From: a bacterium | GTDB taxonomy: Bacteria > UBP6 > JAFGXH01 | DNA: 64,000 bases | Reading direction: 5' to 3' | NCBI GenBank assembly: GCA_027064085.1 | Contig: JAMOQH010000172.1 | Location: forward strand, 5,088 to 69,087 | Part shown: positions 36,957 to 47,222 of the stretch, in pieces | How the letters are laid out: each line of letters starts with the position of its first letter | How positions within the stretch are numbered: the stretch's first letter is position 1 | Made by a program: the position numbers and the translations under genes | The notes under the pieces: generated by a model | Told to the model about the DNA's origin: nothing | Database searches by the model: none | Seen by the model: the letters and a program-made list of their open reading frames with translations, nothing else

Positions 36957-38693
36957 ATGAAGATAATTATTTTAATAGCTATAGTTTTAACAATTCCACT
37001 ATTTGCAAAAGTGAATAGAATGACTATTCTTGATTTTGATAATAATTCAGGAGTCAGAAAATACAATTCTTTAGGAAAGGGTCTTGCTGATATGCTTACA
37101 ACAGATTTAACCTATGTTAAAGGGCTAAAAATTGTTGAAAGAGAAAAACTAAGAGAAATAATGAAGGAGATGAGGCTATCTAAATCTAAATATATAAGTA
37201 GAAAGAATGCTCTTAGATTAGGGAAAGGCTTATCTGCGAACTGGCTTCTAAAGGGTAGTTTTACAACAATGAAGGGTAGAATGCGTATAGATGTAAATAT
37301 TATTGATGTTCAAAGTGGTGAAATTGTTGAGTCGGCAACAGTAGAAGGTTGGACTCAAAAATTCTTTAGTTTAGAAAGAAGATTGATAAGAAAGATAATA
37401 AAGGCAATACACACTAAAGAACTTAGATTGAGTTATAATCCTGAAAATGATAAAAAGGAAGTTAAGGACTTTAAAGCTGTTATAAATTATTCAAAAGGTA
37501 TTGATTTATATGATAAAGGAAAATTTAAAGAATCAGAAAAAGCATTTAAAAAGGCATTAATGTTTGATAATAATTTTAATTATTCTGATAAATATCTAGA
37601 TGCTTTAGAAGCAAGATTAAAGAGATATAAGCAAAATGATGTATTAAGAAAAAAATATCTAAAAAATAAAAAAATAAAGGATTTTATGGATAATTATAAA
37701 ACATTAAAAAATGATGAAATTAAGTTTTTTACTAGTTTTAGTAATATTATTAGTTCTTTAATGTCAGATAATGAATATTCTTCTGTTTTAGGACTTATTG
37801 ATTATATGAAAAAAAATTCTCCTAAATTTTATAAAAATCCTAAATATATTAAAACATTTTCTACAATTATTGATTATTATGAGCTAAGTGCTTTAAAATG
37901 GCTAAAAAGAGAACAAGAATTTCTTAAAAAAGGGGAAATATTTATTAATAAATATCCTAAAAATGATAATCAAAGAAATTGGATAATTAGATGGATGGAA
38001 GATATAGTAAAACATAGAAAAGAATTGCCTAAAAAAGAAAAAAAATATAAAAAAGAAAGTAGAAAGCTTAAAAGAAAATTAAAAAAAGATATAAAATATA
38101 GAAAACATCAAATAAATAATCAAATTAAATATAGTAAAGACCCAAAAAATGAAAAAGAACTTAAAAAGGAGTTACAGGAATTACCATTGAAGCTTGAAAA
38201 GTATATGAAAATGGAATTATTAGGGAAAGCCATTAGATATGAACAACATAAAGAAGCTGATATTATTTCAAAAGAGCTTTTAAAAATGAAAAACTTAACT
38301 GATTATGATAAATTAAGGATTTATAAATATATTTTAGAAAATTATGAGAGTAAAGGCCAATACAGTAAATCTTTAAAATATTATAATAACATAAAAAAAT
38401 ACTTGAAATTAGATACATATAAAAAGAAATATATTGAGTCAAAAGAGTATTTAAAGAAATTAAAAAAATTTAAAGATGCTAATTATGATGATGAAATTGA
38501 AGAGTTGGAAGACAAACTTGATTCTGATAATTTAGGCAGAAAGGAGAAAAATAAAATAAGAGATAAGAAAAATAGACTAAAAAGAGAAAAATCAAAACTT
38601 AAAAGATCTTTAGATAAAATAAAAAGAGATTATGAAAATATTAAAAAATATATTGATTATATTAAAAGAGATGTTAAAAGAATGCCAAAATAA
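36957..38693 (+). CDS. Secreted protein with a CsgG-like N-terminal domain and a long Lys-rich coiled-coil tail
   Basis: Signal peptide, then a segment resembling the CsgG/curli-assembly-type fold (MTILDFDNNSG…LGKGLADMLTTDL…KIVEREKLREIMKEM…LGKGLSANWLLKGSFT…IDVNIIDVQSGEIVESATVEG), then about 400 aa of K/E/Y-rich low-complexity sequence. Confidence 0.4.
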   Translation: MKIIILIAIVLTIPLFAKVNRMTILDFDNNSGVRKYNSLGKGLADMLTTDLTYVKGLKIVEREKLREIMKEMRLSKSKYISRKNALRLGKGLSANWLLKGSFTTMKGRMRIDVNIIDVQSGEIVESATVEGWTQKFFSLERRLIRKIIKAIHTKELRLSYNPENDKKEVKDFKAVINYSKGIDLYDKGKFKESEKAFKKALMFDNNFNYSDKYLDALEARLKRYKQNDVLRKKYLKNKKIKDFMDNYKTLKNDEIKFFTSFSNIISSLMSDNEYSSVLGLIDYMKKNSPKFYKNPKYIKTFSTIIDYYELSALKWLKREQEFLKKGEIFINKYPKNDNQRNWIIRWMEDIVKHRKELPKKEKKYKKESRKLKRKLKKDIKYRKHQINNQIKYSKDPKNEKELKKELQELPLKLEKYMKMELLGKAIRYEQHKEADIISKELLKMKNLTDYDKLRIYKYILENYESKGQYSKSLKYYNNIKKYLKLDTYKKKYIESKEYLKKLKKFKDANYDDEIEELEDKLDSDNLGRKEKNKIRDKKNRLKREKSKLKRSLDKIKRDYENIKKYIDYIKRDVKRMPK

Positions 38694-39779
38694 TTAAAAT
38701 GCCTCTAAGCTTGTAATATAAATATGCATTTCGCCTTCAATATTCCAAGCGATATCAAGTCTAAAATTGATATTTTGCTTTTTATCTAAACGAAATCTAA
38801 AACCTAGGCCTCCTGCAAGTTTCCATGGATAATCAAAATAATTTAAAAAACTATTAGTTACCTGTGCTGTTCCTAAAAATGCTGTTCCACTTATTCTCCA
38901 AAAAACAGGATATCTAATTTCTAATTGTGTAGCAAAATATCTTCTATCTATATACTTATATGAGCTATATCCTCGTAATAATCCACTACCTCCTAGTTGA
39001 GAATACTTTTGAAAAGGAGCATTTCCAAAAACAGCCCTTGTATAAACTTGAAAAGCAATAGTAATTTTATAAAAACTATGAAAATACTTAAAACTTATTG
39101 CACTTGTATCATAAAAAGTATTAGAGCCTATAAAAGTAGGATAAATGTAGTTATTACAATATATGTAGTAGCCTTTTGTTGGGTAATAGCTATTGTTTCT
39201 TTTCTCTCTTATTATGTAGAAGCCAATACCACTTGCAATGGTGTTTTCACTTCCTATAATTTTATTGTTATCAATAATTCCATTTTCTTTTTTTTCTGTT
39301 ATTTTATAATATGCAAAATTATATGCAATTCCTAGATAAAAATATTTATATTTTCTTTTCCCAATACTAAAACCAAAATAGTTATTACTACTTAAAAAGG
39401 ATTCCTTTTCTTTTTTATTTTTTTTACCACCCAATGGATAGTATAATGTACTTGGGTATCTACCTGTTGTAAAATATGATGAAATTTTATACTTTTGATT
39501 AAAAAAATACCTTTTTGTTCCTAAACCAAAACTAAACTCATTTTGAGAACCATAACTTATATTTGTTCTAAATGAATTTGGAAATGAAATTGAATTGCTT
39601 TTATCATAATATAAACCTGTTCCATTAACTTTTATGCCATCAGATGTGCTATATGCAAGTCCTGGTATAAAAACGAAGTTATCAGTATCTTCCATTACTT
39701 TATTTTTAATTTTCTTACTAGTTTTGGCAGTTATTTTAATTGTAAATGATAGTAAAAGTAATATTAACAGTAGTTTCAT
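38694..39779 (-). CDS. Outer-membrane beta-barrel protein (C-terminal Phe), unknown function
   Basis: Signal peptide MKLLLILLLLSFTIKITA. Y/G/F-rich amphipathic beta strands and a terminal …ITSLEAF. Its stop abuts the stop of the convergent CsgG-like gene at 38693/38694. Confidence 0.45.
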   Translation of the reverse strand: MKLLLILLLLSFTIKITAKTSKKIKNKVMEDTDNFVFIPGLAYSTSDGIKVNGTGLYYDKSNSISFPNSFRTNISYGSQNEFSFGLGTKRYFFNQKYKISSYFTTGRYPSTLYYPLGGKKNKKEKESFLSSNNYFGFSIGKRKYKYFYLGIAYNFAYYKITEKKENGIIDNNKIIGSENTIASGIGFYIIREKRNNSYYPTKGYYIYCNNYIYPTFIGSNTFYDTSAISFKYFHSFYKITIAFQVYTRAVFGNAPFQKYSQLGGSGLLRGYSSYKYIDRRYFATQLEIRYPVFWRISGTAFLGTAQVTNSFLNYFDYPWKLAGGLGFRFRLDKKQNINFRLDIAWNIEGEMHIYITSLEAF

Positions 39780-39781
39780 AT

Positions 39782-41254
39782 TTATTTAATTAATTCTATG
39801 ATTAACATTCTTGTATATTTGTTGTTTTCATTTAAAATAATACCCTTAAAGCTTTTTTTAATTGCAATATCTGCACCTAAGAATATTATTATATTATTTT
39901 TATATAGTGTGTGGCTAATACTGCTTAATTTAGAGATAATAATTATAGCGTTTTTTATGTTTTTAGGTATATATTTTAAATAACTAATTTTATTATTTTT
40001 CTTAAAAGACTTAATATTGGAGTAAATAATTTTATTTTTTAAATCTTTTTTTTCTATATTTTGATATCTAATTCCTTTTTTATAAACAAACATTAAAAAT
40101 TTGTCTATAGTAGATTTAGTAGGATGAGGAATTACCTTATCCTTATTATGGTTTTTATTGTATAAAAACCTCATTTTAACCTTTAATATTCTAAAAAGTT
40201 TTTCATCTATTAACTTTTCTGTGATTTTTTTCTTTTTTACTGCCTTTTCTATAAATTCTACAGCTCTTTTTACATTTTTTAAATCCCAGTTTATCGTTAC
40301 AACATCAACTTCACCCTGCAGAGCAAGTAAAGTCGCTTTTTCTAATCCATAAGTTTTTAATATCGCCATCATTTCTAGGCCATCTGTAAAAATAATTCCC
40401 TTGTAATTTAATTTTTTTCTTAAAATACCATTTAGAACTTTTTTTGATAAAGTTGCTGGATATTTATAGTCTATATTTGCAAAAATTACATGTGAACTCA
40501 TTACTACATTAACTAAATGATTGTCTATAGCTGTTTTAAATGGTAATAAATCTCTTTTAAATAAAAGCTTGGTTTTTATTTTAGAGTAGGGGAGGGTTTT
40601 GTGAGTATCTTGCTTTATACTACCTTGTCCTGGAAAATGTTTTATTACTGCAATTACTCCGTTTTTTTGTAAAGATTTTATATAAATAGATACTAGTTTG
40701 GCTACTTTTTTTGTATTCTCTCCAAATGATCTATCAAAAATTGCTTTATTTTTATATGTGCTGAGTATATCTGCTACAGGTGCAATATTTAGATTTATTC
40801 CTACTGATAATAAATCTTTTGCAGTATATTCTCCAACTTTTTTAACTATTTCCTCATCATTAAGTTTACCCATTAAATATGGAGATGGGGGTAAAAAATT
40901 ACCTTTTTTATATCTTGTTATTCTACCACCTTCTTGGTCAACTGAAATAAACATAGGAATTTTAGAAATATTTTGTAATTCTTTAGTAAAAGCTCTAAGT
41001 TGTTTTTTTGATTTTATATTATAATTAAATAAAGTAATGCCTCCTATTTGATATTTTTCTATGAATTTTTTATATTCTGGTTTTAAATTTTTGCCAACAA
41101 TAGCAATGTTAAATAATTGTCCAATTTTTTCTTGTATAGTCATTTTAGATATGATGTTTTTTATTTGAAGGTCAGTCACCGACTTATCCCTACCGTCGGT
41201 TGCAAATAGCTCTAAAGTTATAAAAAATATTAGTATTGTAATAAATAATTTCAT
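39782..41254 (-). CDS. Glycoside hydrolase family 3 (NagZ-like beta-N-acetylhexosaminidase), secreted
   Basis: GH3 N-terminal domain motifs (ISVDQEGGRITRY; KHFPGQGS; FTDGLEMMA). The ATG at 41254 has a GGAG RBS, so the track TTG extension is rejected. Signal peptide MKLFITILIFFITLELFA. Confidence 0.75.
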   Translation of the reverse strand: MKLFITILIFFITLELFATDGRDKSVTDLQIKNIISKMTIQEKIGQLFNIAIVGKNLKPEYKKFIEKYQIGGITLFNYNIKSKKQLRAFTKELQNISKIPMFISVDQEGGRITRYKKGNFLPPSPYLMGKLNDEEIVKKVGEYTAKDLLSVGINLNIAPVADILSTYKNKAIFDRSFGENTKKVAKLVSIYIKSLQKNGVIAVIKHFPGQGSIKQDTHKTLPYSKIKTKLLFKRDLLPFKTAIDNHLVNVVMSSHVIFANIDYKYPATLSKKVLNGILRKKLNYKGIIFTDGLEMMAILKTYGLEKATLLALQGEVDVVTINWDLKNVKRAVEFIEKAVKKKKITEKLIDEKLFRILKVKMRFLYNKNHNKDKVIPHPTKSTIDKFLMFVYKKGIRYQNIEKKDLKNKIIYSNIKSFKKNNKISYLKYIPKNIKNAIIIISKLSSISHTLYKNNIIIFLGADIAIKKSFKGIILNENNKYTRMLIIELIK

Positions 41255-41334
41255 AAAAAAACTCCTATAGCTTCGTAATTTATAATAAATCAACAATTAT
41301 GTCAACTATTTCTATAGACTGTTAGTTTATGTTT

Positions 41335-42915
41335 TTATTTATATTCAATTTTGCAGTATTTTTTTGTACTTGTATTATAAATTGTTTTACAATTAGAAAA
41401 GAAATCTTCCGTATCTAATTGATTGCTTATTTCTACTCTTGTTATCTTATAGTTATCAGTTAATTTTTTTAAACCATTAATTCCCAGAAATGTGTCTTTG
41501 ATATTAAAGCCATCAGTTAGATTTAAACCTTCAGGAATATAAGTAGAAGGAAGTGAGACTCCTTCTTCTAAACCTTTTGGAAAAGCATATAGTTTAAAAA
41601 ATGGTAATCTATTTTGTATTACTTGAGCGTTTTTACCTCTCAAAGCTTTAGGGGCTAAGTTTTCTAGATTATATAGGCTAAATGGCCCCACATATTCCAA
41701 ATAAAATTCATCATAAAGCTCACTATTGACTTTATAGTAAATTCTTATAGTACCTTCTGGTGGTTTTATTGTTTTATCATTACTTTTAATGAGTTTATCT
41801 AAATTAAAACCAGCTATAAAAAAATTACCATAGTACGCTTCATTATAGGGGGCTCCATCTAAGGACTCTTTTTTAGCGAATTTAGGGCTACTTATACTTG
41901 TAACTGCTATACCATTAGGTATCTTTTCAATATCTTCTTTTGAATAAATTTTTATATCGCTAACTATATTAACTCCTGGTAGTAAATTACCAGATTGTGT
42001 TGTAAAGCAATTTGAATTAAATATATTATTACAATTTAAAGTTACTTCACTACCACACATTTTAGAACCTTCTTCTTTATAGTATTTATAACATGAATAT
42101 TCTTTTTCTATATTTGTATGATTTTTTATGTTTTCAAATTCTTGATATTCTTTTCCTACAATGCTAAAACCTATTTTATCTCCTTGAATTGCTGTTAGAA
42201 GTAGATTAAAGTATTCTTTTTTATGTATTTCCCGGTACTTTACCTGAAAGATACCATAAATAGAACTTAAATTAAAAAAACCATTTGAATTTGTACTTTT
42301 AGTAAGTTTTAAGCTGTACTGAAGTTTATCATTTATATATGCAGGGTAGGCTGTTACTTCTGCTCCGACTTTTTTATTATTAGAGCCTAAAAAAACATTT
42401 CCTTTTATGTTAACAACTGGTTTTAGCTCTATAGGGTCATAATCTTTTCCTTTTTTTACATCAATTAGTTTTCCACCTGTAAACATTAGATTTGTATTTA
42501 TGTCATTATTCTTAACTATTTTATCAAGTGGACTTCCTATTTGAACAAGTAATATTCTTTTTTTACCTTCTTCAAGTAGTGCATTAAATGAAATGTCTAA
42601 GACTTTTTTTAAATTTTTATTTTTAATTATTTGTGATTGTGGGGCAATGATATTAAATTCTTTATGTTGCTTAGTTGGGGTTATAACATGAAGTTTAACT
42701 GATACATTGTCATCATCAAATTGTTCTAACAAGGCATTGGGAATATAAAAATTTGTAAAATCCGGTAATTTATTTATATCTATATTATTTAGATTTTCAT
42801 TGCTATTGTTTGTTCTTATCGGTAAGCTTGCTTTAATTGTTATTTCTCCATCATTTTCACATGAAAAGAAAAATAAGTTTGTAATTATGAATATAAATAT
42901 TATTAAAATTTTCAT
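41335..42915 (-). CDS. Lipoprotein, unknown function
   Basis: Lipobox (NLFFFSC) and 526 aa with no recognisable domain. It starts 1 nt after the FecR-domain gene stop (operon). Confidence 0.5.
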   Translation of the reverse strand: MKILIIFIFIITNLFFFSCENDGEITIKASLPIRTNNSNENLNNIDINKLPDFTNFYIPNALLEQFDDDNVSVKLHVITPTKQHKEFNIIAPQSQIIKNKNLKKVLDISFNALLEEGKKRILLVQIGSPLDKIVKNNDINTNLMFTGGKLIDVKKGKDYDPIELKPVVNIKGNVFLGSNNKKVGAEVTAYPAYINDKLQYSLKLTKSTNSNGFFNLSSIYGIFQVKYREIHKKEYFNLLLTAIQGDKIGFSIVGKEYQEFENIKNHTNIEKEYSCYKYYKEEGSKMCGSEVTLNCNNIFNSNCFTTQSGNLLPGVNIVSDIKIYSKEDIEKIPNGIAVTSISSPKFAKKESLDGAPYNEAYYGNFFIAGFNLDKLIKSNDKTIKPPEGTIRIYYKVNSELYDEFYLEYVGPFSLYNLENLAPKALRGKNAQVIQNRLPFFKLYAFPKGLEEGVSLPSTYIPEGLNLTDGFNIKDTFLGINGLKKLTDNYKITRVEISNQLDTEDFFSNCKTIYNTSTKKYCKIEYK

Positions 42916-42916
42916 G

Positions 42917-43765
42917 TTATTCTCCTTTAATATCAGCGTTTATTTGAGCTCTTATCTTTCTTGGTGCAAAATAACCTCGTTTAAAAATATTTTTCATTCT
43001 TTTTCTTATTAATCTTAATTTGTTTTTTATATTTTTTCTATGTCTTCTAAGATTTTTAAGATTAATTTTATTTTTATTTAATAATTTTTTAAAGTTAATA
43101 TTTTTTAATAATTTACTATAATCTAATTTTAATTTAATCATTGTTGGAATGTTTAATTGAGAAGTTAATCTTTTAAAATCTTCTTTTGTTGCTTTATTGG
43201 GATTTATGACAGGAAGGTTTCCTATTGTTTTCAGAAGATCATTTTTACCTAGAAGAATAAATTGTTTAGTTTCATCTAAGGGATTTATAACTTCAACAGA
43301 ACCAGATAAAACAAGTATTTCACTTTCATTTGTTGTTTCTGTTGATACAATAAATTCAGTTCCCCGCACTCCAACTGTAGCAGTTTCTGTTTTTACTTTA
43401 AAATTTCTATTTTTAGAAGAAAGTTTGGCTACTAATAATTTAACTCTACCACCAAATAGATTTAAAACAGAATTCCTCTCTTTCTTTTTTTTATTATATT
43501 TGTAGTTTTCTATTTTAAATTGAGACTTTGGTGCAACATAAATAATAGAGTTATCTATAAATGCTATTTTAATTCTAGATTTATGTGATGTTTTTAATGT
43601 ATCACCGCTTTCTATTGAATCTGTCATTTTTAATTTTTTAAAATTGGAATCTCCTTTTTTGATGAAAGCTCTTCCTTCTAAACTTATTATTTTACCAACT
43701 GAATTACTTGCTGATATAGAAATACTGACTCCTAAAATCAAAAATAATATAGATAATAATTTCAT
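42917..43765 (-). CDS. Secreted FecR-domain protein with a highly basic C-terminal tail
   Basis: Signal peptide. FecR-like core (…FKVKTETATVGVRGTEFIVS…EILVLSGSVEV…). C-terminal approximately 60 aa are extremely K/R-rich. Confidence 0.55.
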   Translation of the reverse strand: MKLLSILFLILGVSISISASNSVGKIISLEGRAFIKKGDSNFKKLKMTDSIESGDTLKTSHKSRIKIAFIDNSIIYVAPKSQFKIENYKYNKKKKERNSVLNLFGGRVKLLVAKLSSKNRNFKVKTETATVGVRGTEFIVSTETTNESEILVLSGSVEVINPLDETKQFILLGKNDLLKTIGNLPVINPNKATKEDFKRLTSQLNIPTMIKLKLDYSKLLKNINFKKLLNKNKINLKNLRRHRKNIKNKLRLIRKRMKNIFKRGYFAPRKIRAQINADIKGE

Positions 43766-43831
43766 ATTTCCTCCTTTTCCTACTACTTAATTACACTTTA
43801 ACATAAAAAATATTAAAAATCTGTGATAAAA

Positions 43832-45463
43832 TCACATTGTAAAATTAAAATATAATGAAACTAAATGTTTATTATAACTAAACTCGGTCAGAGATGATTT
43901 ATTTTTATTAAAGTGATAGGATAAATCTATATTAATATTATCTTTAATTTCAAAAATAATATTTCCACCTGCTTTAATAAACTGATCATCTCTTGAACTA
44001 TCTTTATATCCTTTTTGTTCAAATTTAATATCTGATGTGACTTCTAAGAAATTTAAAAATCTAAATGATAATTTTGCCGAACCTAAAAAACCATTGTAGC
44101 TAAATAAATCCCCTGTTGTTTTGCTTCCAATATAACCAGTAGCTAATTGAATGATAAAGCTATTTGTAACGGGTAAAGATGTTGATAATATTGAATTAAA
44201 ATACTTACCATCTTGTGAAATTTTTTCTTCTAATTCTTTTTCTTCACTATTATAGTTTTCAAAGCTTAATGAAGAATAAATACCTAGTTCAATAGCGTTT
44301 TCAAACTTATAAAAGATATTAAAATTAGTTCTTATTGCTTTTGAGTAAAAACCAAAGTCATTTATTGGATTTGTCCAATTGTAATCATAACCAGCTAATA
44401 ATAAAAATTTTAATACATTATTTTTTGAAAAGTAATTATGGTACTCATATCCAATAAAAGCAGATGCGTTTATTGTATCATAAACTTGTGGGTCGAATAA
44501 GTTGTCAATTGCTTTTGGATAATGCAAAGCCATAAAGTTATTGAGGTTTAATATTATAGAGTGTTTATTTAGATTTAATGGGTAAAAATATAGTGAAATA
44601 TAGTTCTCATCTCTAGCTCCCATTGCGGTTATTTCAGGGTTGTCATCTGAGGTGGGTATTCCTGGTAAGTCACTATTATATTGTGCTGAAAATGGTGGTT
44701 GTGATATAATATTAGAATCAAATACAAGTCCATTTGTTAAACTAATGTTATACCATGACGAGTATTTACCAAAGTTTTCATTTTTATCAATTATTTTTAA
44801 TGCATTAATAGATATTTCTTTAAGTTCTTTTAGTAAATTATTTTCTTTTAGTAATTTGTTAAAATAAATTTTTGAATTTTTATTGTCATTTAATTTAAAA
44901 TATGAAAAGGCTATCATAAAGAGCTTTTCAGGTTCTAAATTTTTATTTTTATCATTTATTTGATATTTCTTAGCATAGTTAACAACTTTATGATATTCTC
45001 CTGTATTAAAATATAATCTAGCAATCAATATATACAAATCGTTGTCTATATTTTTTTCTTCATTTATTAAAATTGCATAAGTTTTAGCTTTTTCAAAATC
45101 TCCAAGTTGTATGAATAGTGATAACAATAATTTTAGTATTTCCAGATTTTGATTATCTTTTTCAAAAACTTCAGAAAGAAATCTTACTCCATCTTTTAAG
45201 GCCTCTTTTTCACCTTTTTGGGTTTGACCTATAATTATTTTACAGTATGCAAGATATTTTAAAATTTTATCTCTTTCTCCACCAAGATTAATATAATCCT
45301 CAAAGTCTTTTATTGCTCCTGTTCCATCATCCCTTAGGCAAATATTCTTTTCAAATGCATCCATTCCTTTAGAAAGAATTATATCTAATCTCTCTTTTTT
45401 TTGAGAAGTTGCGAAAACACTTATTGTAATTAGAAAAAATAGTAGCGTTATTATAAGTTTCAT
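43832..45463 (-). CDS. Secreted TPR-repeat protein with a Y/F/N-rich C-terminal (beta-rich?) domain
   Basis: Signal peptide MKLIITLLFFLITISVFA, then TPR-like helical repeats (residues approximately 40-230), then a Y/N/F-rich region. It is first in the minus-strand cluster 41335..45463. Confidence 0.45.
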   Translation of the reverse strand: MKLIITLLFFLITISVFATSQKKERLDIILSKGMDAFEKNICLRDDGTGAIKDFEDYINLGGERDKILKYLAYCKIIIGQTQKGEKEALKDGVRFLSEVFEKDNQNLEILKLLLSLFIQLGDFEKAKTYAILINEEKNIDNDLYILIARLYFNTGEYHKVVNYAKKYQINDKNKNLEPEKLFMIAFSYFKLNDNKNSKIYFNKLLKENNLLKELKEISINALKIIDKNENFGKYSSWYNISLTNGLVFDSNIISQPPFSAQYNSDLPGIPTSDDNPEITAMGARDENYISLYFYPLNLNKHSIILNLNNFMALHYPKAIDNLFDPQVYDTINASAFIGYEYHNYFSKNNVLKFLLLAGYDYNWTNPINDFGFYSKAIRTNFNIFYKFENAIELGIYSSLSFENYNSEEKELEEKISQDGKYFNSILSTSLPVTNSFIIQLATGYIGSKTTGDLFSYNGFLGSAKLSFRFLNFLEVTSDIKFEQKGYKDSSRDDQFIKAGGNIIFEIKDNINIDLSYHFNKNKSSLTEFSYNKHLVSLYFNFTM

Positions 45464-45630
45464 ACATACTCCAATTAAAGATAAATTATAATATCGTATT
45501 TTAAATTTTTTATCAAATAATTTTTACTTGTGCTAAGAAGAGTTTTTTTTAATAAAAATCTTAAAAATAACAGAAAAACTTCTTTATTGAGAATTACTTT
45601 CTTTTATGGTATAAATAATTTGGTTATTTT

Positions 45631-46533
45631 ATGGAGATTTTTGTGAATAAAGTATTAAATTTTCAAGAGATGATATTAAAGCTCTTATCCTTTTGGGCAG
45701 AAAATGGTTGTGTGGTTTTACAACCTTATGATATGGAAGTGGGTGCCGGCACTTTTCATCAAGCAACATATCTAAAGGTTTTAGGGCCTGAGCCTTGGAA
45801 TACTGTATATGTTCAGCCATCTCGAAGACCATCTGATGGTCGTTATGGAGAAAACCCAAATAGAATGCAACATTTTTATCAATTACAAGTAATAATGAAG
45901 CCTTCTCCTCAAAATATTCAAGAGTTGTATCTAGAATCATTGAGAGCAATTGGTATATATCCGGAAAAACATGATATTAGATTTATAGAAGATAACTGGG
46001 AATCTCCAACTCTTGGGGCATGGGGGCTTGGTTGGGAAGTTTGGGCAGATGGAATGGAAATTACACAGTTTACATATTTTCAGCAAGCTGGTGGCTTTGA
46101 ATTATCGCCTGTACCGGTTGAGATAACTTATGGTTTAGAGAGAATTGCAATGTATTTACAAAATGTAAATAGTGTTTATGATTTAAAATGGAATGATGAG
46201 CTAACTTATGGTGATATCTTTCATCATAATGAAGTTGAATATTCAAAATTTAATTTTGAATTATCTGATACTGATTTAAACTTTAATCTTTTTAATCAAT
46301 TTGAAGCAGAAGCACTTGCATTACTAGAAGCGGATAGTCCTTTGCCTGCTTATGATTATTGCATGAAGTGTTCACATGTTTTTAATTTATTAGATGCAAG
46401 AGGTGCAATTTCTGTTACAGAAAGGCAAAGATATATTCTTAGAGTTAGAAATTTAGCTAAAAAGAGTGCAGAAGGATATTTAAAACAAAGAGAAGAAATG
46501 GGATTCCCTCTTTTAAAATCAGGAGTTAAGTAA
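45631..46533 (+). CDS. glyQ: Glycine--tRNA ligase alpha subunit
   Basis: Highly conserved GlyQ sequence ([64 protein letters not shown]…). Confidence 0.9.
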   Translation: MEIFVNKVLNFQEMILKLLSFWAENGCVVLQPYDMEVGAGTFHQATYLKVLGPEPWNTVYVQPSRRPSDGRYGENPNRMQHFYQLQVIMKPSPQNIQELYLESLRAIGIYPEKHDIRFIEDNWESPTLGAWGLGWEVWADGMEITQFTYFQQAGGFELSPVPVEITYGLERIAMYLQNVNSVYDLKWNDELTYGDIFHHNEVEYSKFNFELSDTDLNFNLFNQFEAEALALLEADSPLPAYDYCMKCSHVFNLLDARGAISVTERQRYILRVRNLAKKSAEGYLKQREEMGFPLLKSGVK

Positions 46534-47213
46534 TGGTAGATGTTAAAAATAGAATTAATAGTTATTATTTTTTAATGCCAAGAAAAAAAGATATATTAAG
46601 CTTTACAGAAGCTTTTTTAGATTACCCTTACATTAATGACTTCACCGTATCATATTCAGAGGTTCTTATTAATATGTTTCCTGATTATTTTGATATAGAT
46701 AAAATATATTCGCCAAATGTAAATCCGATTGATATTTTAATTGAAATACTTGAAAAGTTTTATTTAGACAAAAATAATTTCTCATTACTTTCAGAAAAAA
46801 TTAATGATGAACTAAATTTGAAATATAATGATTTTAGTGATGAGTTTAAATATAAAAATTCAATATTGTTTTCTATTGAGTTCAAGGCAAAACCTCTATA
46901 TTCCTTTCATCCTAAAGAAAGGGATTTGGTTTTAAAAAAGCAAGATTTTTTTGGTATTTCTACTGAGATTGAATTAGAAAAAGAAGAAGGGACTTCTGAT
47001 ATAAGTACTAATTTATATTCTGGTTGGATTGATTTTAGAGCTCATGATATTTTAAATGAAACAATTAAAGCAAGAACTATAAGTAAATTACCTAAAACAG
47101 CAGGGATTTTAGAGGTTGTTGTTAATTCTGAATTTATTGCCTTGTTTGATCATATTTTTGCTAAATTTCAAAATGATTCAGGATTTATTCACTTAGAAGT
47201 AGAGCCATTCTAA
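46533..47213 (+). CDS. Hypothetical protein in the position normally held by glyS
   Basis: 226 aa with an ATG overlapping the glyQ stop (TAATG). No similarity to GlyS or any recognised family by eye. Confidence 0.5.
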   Translation: MVDVKNRINSYYFLMPRKKDILSFTEAFLDYPYINDFTVSYSEVLINMFPDYFDIDKIYSPNVNPIDILIEILEKFYLDKNNFSLLSEKINDELNLKYNDFSDEFKYKNSILFSIEFKAKPLYSFHPKERDLVLKKQDFFGISTEIELEKEEGTSDISTNLYSGWIDFRAHDILNETIKARTISKLPKTAGILEVVVNSEFIALFDHIFAKFQNDSGFIHLEVEPF

Positions 47214-47222
47214 AGGAGGATT

